Position numbers and translations under genes: made by a program. Shown here one piece after another: positions 57,842 to 64,000 of a stretch of 64,000 nt of DNA. Below the pieces are notes generated by a model. That model was not told where the DNA came from. It was given only the letters and a program-made list of their open reading frames with translations, and searched no databases. Location of the stretch: NCBI GenBank assembly GCA_963776345.1, contig CAVZMH010000012.1, forward strand, positions 32,001 to 96,000, in the 5' to 3' direction. How positions within the stretch are numbered: position 1 is the first letter of the stretch; every line of letters begins with the position of its first letter. Origin of the DNA: an uncultured delta proteobacterium (GTDB taxonomy: Bacteria; Myxococcota; Myxococcia; Myxococcales; Myxococcaceae).

Positions 57842-58618
57842 CTAGACGTCGTCGGCGGGCTTGACCGGCTGCGGCTTCGGCTCGACCAGGCGCTCGACGC
57901 GCCGGAGCTGATCGACGGCCTCGGTCACGGCGCTCACCCGCTCCAGCGCCTCGGCCCGGGCTCCTGGCTCGAGCAGCTCGCAGCGCGCGCTCAGCGCGGC
58001 CACCAGGCCGTGGATGGCCCGGAACGCGTCGCGGAGCACCTCCACGCCCGTGGGCGGCGTCAGGGCGGGCGTGGGACCCGTCTTGACGATCGCCGTCTCG
58101 CCGGGAACCAGCCGCGCCGCGCGCGACAGCACCCGGTCCATCTCGCTCCAGCGCTGGACGAGCACGTGAGCGAGCTCACGGACCTCCACGCCGTCGAAGG
58201 GACGCTTGAGGACCACCACCTGGTCCCGGTGGCCGAGCGCGTCGGCCGCGAGGTCCCAGACCTCGTCGGCGTTCGGGGCGACGAGGACCACCTGAAGCCG
58301 TGGGTCGTCCACCAGCAGCCGCCCGGCGATCTCCAGGGCGTCCTCGGGCTCGTCCGCGAGGTCGAACATCACGATGGCAGGGTAGGCGCCGATGCGGCGG
58401 AGCCGGCGGATCTCGTCCAGCCCGTCCGTCCCGCGGTAGGCGAACCAGATCTCGAACGGCGCGGCCTCGGGGGGCGGAGGCGGCCGGCCCTGCTCCTCGG
58501 CCTCGAGGACCGCGTCCCGGGCCCCGCCCGGTACCAGCATCTCCAGGAGCTGGAGGAAGAAGTCCTGTTCGGTCCCGAGGAGGACGATCCGGCTGTTCAC
58601 GGCCCCTGGACTCTGCAA
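57842..58618 (-). CDS. Degenerate (pseudo)receiver-domain protein
   Basis: FEIWFAYRG..IVMFD..DPRLQVV..LKRPFD..EVRELA resembles an extended receiver; acidic pair absent. Confidence 0.6.
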   Translation of the reverse strand: MQSPGAVNSRIVLLGTEQDFFLQLLEMLVPGGARDAVLEAEEQGRPPPPPEAAPFEIWFAYRGTDGLDEIRRLRRIGAYPAIVMFDLADEPEDALEIAGRLLVDDPRLQVVLVAPNADEVWDLAADALGHRDQVVVLKRPFDGVEVRELAHVLVQRWSEMDRVLSRAARLVPGETAIVKTGPTPALTPPTGVEVLRDAFRAIHGLVAALSARCELLEPGARAEALERVSAVTEAVDQLRRVERLVEPKPQPVKPADDV

Positions 58619-58723
58619 CCGCCGATCCGCCTGGAACTGCCCTCGACACGGGGGGTTGCGAGTCCACAGGGGGGGTCAGCTGGGCCCAGCGGCGCAACAG
58701 ACAGGTCGCTCGTCACCCGGGGC

Positions 58724-59578
58724 TCACCGTGGCTCGTCGACCACCGGGTTCCGGAGCACGCCGACGCCGGAGATCTCCACCTCGAACACGTCGCCCGGCT
58801 TGAGCCACACCGGCGGCGCACGCTTGCTGCCGACACCCCCGGGCGTCCCGGTGGAGATGACGTCCCCCGGAACCAGCTCGGTGAAGGTGGTGATGTACGC
58901 GAGGAGCGCGGGGATGTCGAAGATGAGGAGGTCGGTGGTGGCGCGCTGCATCTCCACCTTGTTCAACCGGCCCACCAGAGTCAGGCGCGAGGGATCGGGG
59001 ATCTCGTCGGTGGTGACAATCCAGGGCCCGAAGCCGCCGGTGGCGAGGAAGTTCTTCCCCGGCGTGAACTGGCTGGTGTGCCGCTGCCAGTCGCGCAAGG
59101 TCGCGTCCTGGTAGCAGGAGTAGCCGGCCACGACCCCGAGCGCGTCCTCCCGGCTGACGTGGTGGGCGGGCTTGCCGATGACCACCGCCAGTTCGGCCTC
59201 GTAGTCGAATTCGGTCGACACCCGCGGGCGCACCAGCGGCTGCTCGTGCCCCACCTGGGTGTTGGCGAAGCGGGTGAAGAGCGTGGGGAACTCGCTCTCC
59301 TTACGCCCGGTCTCCTCCCGGTGGGCGACGTAGTTGACCCCGACGCAGAGGATCTTCTCCGGATGGGGAATGGGCGGGAGCCACGTCACGTCGGCGAGCC
59401 CGTGGTCGGCGGAGGCGCCCTCGGTGGCCCTCCGGACCTCGGCCAGCGCGCCCGCGGCCAGCGCCGCCCTCAGGGTGGGGTAGCGCCCGTCCAGGCGGGG
59501 CACCGCGTCCACCACCCCGCCCTCCACCACCTGTCCGAAGCCTTCCCGTCCCCGATGGATCCAGCTCGCGAGCCGCAT
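58724..59578 (-). CDS. Fumarylacetoacetate hydrolase family protein
   Basis: KILCVGVNY..H, DYEAELAVVIG, GKNF, GDVISTGTPGGVG. Confidence 0.92.
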   Translation of the reverse strand: MRLASWIHRGREGFGQVVEGGVVDAVPRLDGRYPTLRAALAAGALAEVRRATEGASADHGLADVTWLPPIPHPEKILCVGVNYVAHREETGRKESEFPTLFTRFANTQVGHEQPLVRPRVSTEFDYEAELAVVIGKPAHHVSREDALGVVAGYSCYQDATLRDWQRHTSQFTPGKNFLATGGFGPWIVTTDEIPDPSRLTLVGRLNKVEMQRATTDLLIFDIPALLAYITTFTELVPGDVISTGTPGGVGSKRAPPVWLKPGDVFEVEISGVGVLRNPVVDEPR

Positions 59579-59645
59579 GGGCGGTTCCAGACCCCGTCCA
59601 GGACCGCTCGTCAAGCTCCACGTGGGCGGTTAGAAGCCTTCGGCT

Positions 59646-60164
59646 GTGGACAAGGACGCCTTCCTCTCCCTGGCACGCACCTGGGCGGCGACGGTCACCG
59701 TGGTGACCGCGCGCCGGCGCCCGACGGCCGTGACTCCCGAGGCGCCGGAGGTGGACGGCTTCACCGCCACGGCGTTCATGATGCTCTCGCTCGAGCCACC
59801 GCTCCTGGCGATCGGCGTGGCGCGCGACTCGGGCGCCGACGTGCTCATCGACGACGCCGACCACCTCGCGGTGAATCTGCTCTCCGAGGGCCAGTCCGAC
59901 GTGAGCCACGCCTTCGCCCGCCACCACCGCGACCGGGGCGACGCCTGGGAGCACTTCCCCTGGACCCTGGACGCGCAGGGGACGCCGCTCCTGGCCGGCA
60001 CCACCGGCGCCTTCAGCGCCCGCATCCTCGAGCGCCAGGGCCGGGGAGATCACCTCCTGGTGCTCGCCGAGGTGACCGCCATCCACCGGGGTGACACTTC
60101 CCGGACCCTGGTGTACCAGAACCGCGCCTACGCCCGGCTGACCCCGCTGATGCCGCACCGATGA
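59646..60164 (+). CDS. Flavin reductase family protein
   Basis: VTVVT, GFTATA, SLEPP, GDH, LVY. Confidence 0.87.
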   Translation: MDKDAFLSLARTWAATVTVVTARRRPTAVTPEAPEVDGFTATAFMMLSLEPPLLAIGVARDSGADVLIDDADHLAVNLLSEGQSDVSHAFARHHRDRGDAWEHFPWTLDAQGTPLLAGTTGAFSARILERQGRGDHLLVLAEVTAIHRGDTSRTLVYQNRAYARLTPLMPHR

Positions 60165-60213
60165 ATCGTCGTCGCTCCGCAGTCCAACGGAGAGACCGTT
60201 GCACGGAGAGACG

Positions 60214-61640
60214 ATGGACGCCGCACCGACACCGCTCGCTGTCTCCAGCCCCACCGGGGCCTCGCTCTGGTCCGAGCTCCGCGATGCGCTGCGCGGCACG
60301 CACCGCGACCTGACCGAGGCGCCGCTGGGGCGCGCCATCTTCGTCCTCGCCGTCCCCATGGTGCTGGAGATGGCCATGGAGTCGGTGTTCGCGGTGACCG
60401 ACGTGTTCTTCGTCGGCCGGCTCGGTGCGGATGCCGTCGCCACCGTCGGGCTCACCGAGACGATGGAGACGATGGTCTACGCGCTCGCCTTCGGGCTCTC
60501 CATCGGGGCCACGTCCCTGGTGGCGCGCCGGATGGGCGAGAAGGACGAGGAGGCCGCGGCACGCACCGCGGTGCAGGCCATCGGGCTCGGGCTGTTCTTC
60601 GGCGTCCCGCTCTCGGCTGCCGGGGCCCTGCTCGCGCCGACTCTGCTCCGGGCGATGGGCGGCTCGCCCTGGGTGCTGGAGCACGGCGTCCACTTCACCC
60701 GGGTGATGCTGGGGGCCAACGTCTCGGTCTGCTTGCTGTTCCTGATCAACGCCATCTTCCGCGGCGCGGGCGACGCCGCCACGGCGATGCGCGTGCTCTG
60801 GCTCGCCAACGGCATCAACATCGTGCTCGGGCCGTGCCTGGTGTTCGGGCTCGGGCCCTTCCCCCGGATGGGCGTGGTGGGCGCCGCGCTGGCCACCTCC
60901 ATCGGGCGGAGCACCGGGGTGCTCTACCAGCTGTATCGCCTGACCCGGGGCGACGGGCGGCTCACCGTCCGGATGCGGCACGTGCGGCTCGAGGCAGGGA
61001 CGATGCTCTCCGTCCTCCGGCTCTCGGGGGCGGGCACGCTCCAGACCGTGGTGGGGATGACCAGCTGGATCTTCCTGGTGCGGATCATCTCTCGCTTCGG
61101 GAGCCAGGCGGTGGCCGGCTACACCATCGCCATCCGGCTGGTGATCTTCGCCCTGCTCCCCTCGTTCGGCCTGGCCAACGCCGCGGCCACCTGGTGGGCC
61201 AGAACCTGGGGGCCAAGAAGCCGGACCGGGCCGAGCGTGCGGCCTGGAAGGCCGGCCACGTGGGCGCGGTCTTTCTGGGCACGGTCGGTCTGGTGTTCCT
61301 GGTCGCCGCCCCGCCCATCGTCGGCCTCTTCACCCGGGACCCGATGGTGCTGGAGCACGGCGTCCACGGGCTGCGGATCATCTCCGCCGGGTTCGCCTTC
61401 TATGCCTACGGCATGACCTTCACCCAGGCGCTCAACGGCGCCGGGGCGACCTGGGCGCCCACCTGGCTGAACGGCCTCTGCTTCTGGGCCTTCGAGCTGC
61501 CCCTGGCCTGGGTGCTCGCGGTCCGTGTCCACCTCGGGACCACCGGGGCGTACGTCGCCTGCCTCGCGGCCTGGACCCTGCTGGCCGTGGCCAGCGGCGC
61601 GGTCTTCCGGCGCGGCGCCTGGAAGCGGGTCGCGGTCTAG
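60214..61640 (+). CDS. MATE family efflux transporter, frameshifted at about 61190
   Basis: LAVPMVLEM, FRGAGD, GAALAT; AAT/LVGQNLGA split by one missing C. Confidence 0.9.
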
Positions 61641-61655
61641 GCACCAGCGGCGGGG

Positions 61656-61716
61656 AAGAAAGAACCCGCCTCCCCGGTGGCCAGACACTGCGCCTCCAGC
61701 CACCAGGGGGCGGGCT
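61656..61716 (-). terminator. Long intrinsic terminator-like hairpin
   Basis: GCCCGCC-CCCTGGTGGCTGGA / TCTGGCCACCGGGG-A-GGCGGGT followed by TCTTTCTT on the minus strand. Confidence 0.7.
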
Positions 61717-61836
61717 TGAAACCTGTGCGCCGCTCTCGTGCGCGCGGCCCTGCTTGGTCCTACGCCGCGCCCAGAGAGGCGACGCCTTGATTATGCTCGG
61801 TCAAGGCATCACCTCCTTTTCGCCCCGCAGGGCGAA
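61656..61836 (-). ncRNA. Candidate structured small RNA / sORF transcript
   Basis: Three hairpins (61819-61836, 61776-61815, 61663-61716), AAAAGGAGGTGA, 14-codon ORF 61804-61760, U-rich tail. Confidence 0.55.
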
Positions 61837-62029
61837 GCCGATCCTGTCGTCCCCCCGGCGGCGGCGCAACGTTTCTTGTGAGTGAGCATGGACGCGCGGC
61901 GCCGGTGCGCCGCTCCGCGGGCCTCCCCCCGGTGCGGGGGATTGCGCCCGGACCGCCGGAGCGGCAGAAGCGTCGAGCGCCTGCCCACCCCCCGGGGGAC
62001 GGGAGGAGGGCAGCGCCGAGGAGGAGCCG

Positions 62030-62437
62030 ATGGACCGCTGGACCACCGAGGTCACCCTGGAGGTGGCCTGGGGCGAGATGGACGCGCTCGGGCACGTGAA
62101 CAACGTCCGCTACATCGCCTGGGCCGAGACGGCGCGCATCGCCTTCTTCGAGAAGCTCGGGATGTCGACCCGCCCCACCGACCCCGTGGGGCCGATCCTC
62201 GCGCGCATCGAGTGCGACTACCTGGAGCCGGTGGAGTACCCGGCGCGAGTCACGGTGGGCATCCGGGCCGAGCGGGTGGGGAACACCAGCCTCTCGCTGG
62301 TGCACGAGGTGTGGCTCACCGGCGAGCCCCGCCGGGTGGTCGCCCGGGGACGGGCGGTGGTGGTCCTCATCAACTACGCCACGCAGGAGAAGGTCCGGGT
62401 CCCGGACTCCCTCCGCGCAGCGCTCGGCGCGAGCTGA
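62030..62437 (+). CDS. Acyl-CoA thioesterase (4HBT/hotdog fold)
   Basis: EMDALGHVNNVRY..ETAR; GAGGAGG RBS. Confidence 0.9.
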   Translation: MDRWTTEVTLEVAWGEMDALGHVNNVRYIAWAETARIAFFEKLGMSTRPTDPVGPILARIECDYLEPVEYPARVTVGIRAERVGNTSLSLVHEVWLTGEPRRVVARGRAVVVLINYATQEKVRVPDSLRAALGAS

Positions 62438-62473
62438 GCCGGTCCCCGGCCGCGGCCGGCTCGGCGCCGACGC

Positions 62474-63529
62474 TCAGGGCTCCACGCGGGCCAGCGCCCG
62501 GATCGCCTCGGTGATGTCCCCGAGCTGCGGAACGCTCGCCATCTCCAGCGGATCCGCCAGGCCGATGCCCGGGACGAACTTCCCGGCCAGGAGCCGCGGC
62601 GGAGCGAGCAGCTGGTAGAAGAGCTCCTCCACCGTCCTGCGCACCAGGTGCTCACCGAAGTTGGTCACCTCGGTGTCCTCGTTGACGAAGAGCACCCGGC
62701 CGGTCTTCTTCACCGACTGGGCGATCATCTCCCAGTCGTAGGGCCACAGCGAGCGCAGGTCGATGACCTCGGCGGAGATGCCCTCGGACTCGAGCGCCTG
62801 GGCGGCCTTGACCGACAGCGGCAGCGTGCGCCCGTAGCTCACCACCGTGAGGTCCGTTCCCTCGCGCACCCGCTTCGCCTTGCCGATGGGCACGGTGTAC
62901 GGCTGCAGATCGGGCCACTGGGGCTTCCACTGCGAGCGGTCGCCGAGCGGCGCGTCGATCATCTTCGACAGCACCCGGTCGTCGCCGGGCTCGCCGGGGA
63001 TGGGCTCCTCGCCCTTCATCCGGAGCAGCGCCTTCGGCTCCAGCACCATCACCGGATTCTGGTCCTGGCAGGCCGAGAGCAGGAGCCCGTAGGCGTCGAG
63101 CGGCGTGGAGGGCATGACGATCTTCCACCCCGGGATGTGGGTCATCGTCGCGTCGAAGCTGTGCGAGTGGTAAATGCTGCCGCGGATCCCGGAGCCCACC
63201 GGCGTCCGCACCACCATCGGCACGTTCCAGTCGCCGTTGCTCGACCAGCAGGTGTTCCCGGCGAGCTTCAGCAGGTCGATGGTGTTGTAGACGTAGTCGC
63301 AGAACTGGATCTCCGCGACCGGCCGCTGCCCGGCGAGCGCCAGGCCGATGGCGCAGCCGATGATGCCCCGCTCGTCGAGCGGGCTGTTCCAGGCCGTCTT
63401 CAGCCCCTGCGTCGCGGTGAACACCCCTCCCAGGGGCGGCCCCACGTCCTCGCCGAAGACGTCGGTCACCCCGAGGTGCTCCTCGGCGTAGTGCAGCGCC
63501 AGCCGGATCGCCTGCGCCATGCTGGCCAT
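62474..63529 (-). CDS. 2-oxoacid dehydrogenase E1 beta subunit
   Basis: FGEDVG, GGVF, SPLDERGI, AEIQFCDY, YHSHS, IDLRSL. Confidence 0.92.
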   Translation of the reverse strand: MASMAQAIRLALHYAEEHLGVTDVFGEDVGPPLGGVFTATQGLKTAWNSPLDERGIIGCAIGLALAGQRPVAEIQFCDYVYNTIDLLKLAGNTCWSSNGDWNVPMVVRTPVGSGIRGSIYHSHSFDATMTHIPGWKIVMPSTPLDAYGLLLSACQDQNPVMVLEPKALLRMKGEEPIPGEPGDDRVLSKMIDAPLGDRSQWKPQWPDLQPYTVPIGKAKRVREGTDLTVVSYGRTLPLSVKAAQALESEGISAEVIDLRSLWPYDWEMIAQSVKKTGRVLFVNEDTEVTNFGEHLVRRTVEELFYQLLAPPRLLAGKFVPGIGLADPLEMASVPQLGDITEAIRALARVEP

Positions 63530-64000
63530 CAGCGATCCTCCGCGTAGACGTGCTTCCAGATGCTGGCCGGCTCCGGCAGCGGCTCGTCGCGGACCGCACG
63601 GGCCTTGGCGGCGATCTCCTCGGTCCAGCGGGCGCGGACCTGATCCATCTCGGCGCGGGTGAGGATGCCGTGGGCCTCGAGCCGGGTCTCGAAGCCCGCG
63701 ATGCAGTCGCTCTCCCCGGTGACGGGGTTCGCGCCGGAGGCGCTGGAGTGGCCGTACAGCCGCGAGACCTTGGCCTCCATCAGGAACGGCTTCCGCTCCT
63801 GGCGCACGTACGCCATCGCCTTCTGCAGCTCGAGGTAGCTGACGATGGGGTCGTTCCCGTCGATGGTCCTGGCCTGCATGCCGAACGCCCTCCCGCGGTC
63901 GGCGATGGTCTTGCACCCCTGCTGGGTCGCGGCGGCGGTCGAGATGCCCCACTGGTTGTGGGTGACGACGATGAGGATCGGGAGCTCGTTTCCGGGCCGG
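63529..64000 (-). CDS. 2-oxoacid dehydrogenase E1 alpha subunit (5' truncated by window edge)
   Basis: HNQWGIS, IDGND, RLYGHSSAS; stop overlaps the E1 beta start. Confidence 0.88.
   Translation of the reverse strand, partial: RPGNELPILIVVTHNQWGISTAAATQQGCKTIADRGRAFGMQARTIDGNDPIVSYLELQKAMAYVRQERKPFLMEAKVSRLYGHSSASGANPVTGESDCIAGFETRLEAHGILTRAEMDQVRARWTEEIAAKARAVRDEPLPEPASIWKHVYAEDR

Noticed and set aside
57829..57848. 10-bp tandem duplication CTCCTAGACG at a convergent gene junction
   Set aside because: Could be an insertion scar, but there is no transposase or terminal repeat; insufficient evidence
61656..61860. tmRNA, 6S RNA or type I toxin identity for the structured element
   Set aside because: No tRNA-like ends or CCA and too short for tmRNA; the ends do not pair as in 6S; the peptide is not hydrophobic like type I toxins

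Overview
Very GC-rich bacterial chromosomal segment, most likely Myxococcota. This is inferred from an alternative complex III + caa3 oxidase operon, a Ser/Thr kinase beside an FHA-sigma54 activator, and a Myxococcus-type LexA palindrome. It holds about 50 tightly packed genes; I see no rRNA, tRNA, CRISPR array or intact mobile element. Main blocks, in order: DUF1800/DUF1501 pair; alkA-ogt; Cu P-type ATPase; msrPQ; secreted lipoproteins and peptidases; NfeD-SPFH; ligase-associated exonuclease + acylase + ATP-dependent ligase; S8 protease / kinase / FHA-EBP cassette; actA-G-sco-coxBACD; SRAP-Lhr; MATE; 2-oxoacid dehydrogenase E1. Most interesting signals: (1) a ~180-nt structured intergenic element with a stem-sequestered perfect Shine-Dalgarno and a 14-codon ORF ending LGAA; (2) a perfect LexA-type palindrome abutting an uncharacterised Zn-ribbon gene; (3) SRAP (abasic-site protector) coupled to long-form Lhr; (4) a sigma54 promoter with 22-bp-phased repeats that may link the kinase/FHA activator to the protease. 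Three genes are frameshifted (probably assembly indels) and there is one orphan oxidoreductase C-terminal remnant. All calls come from motif recognition by eye; no database search was run.
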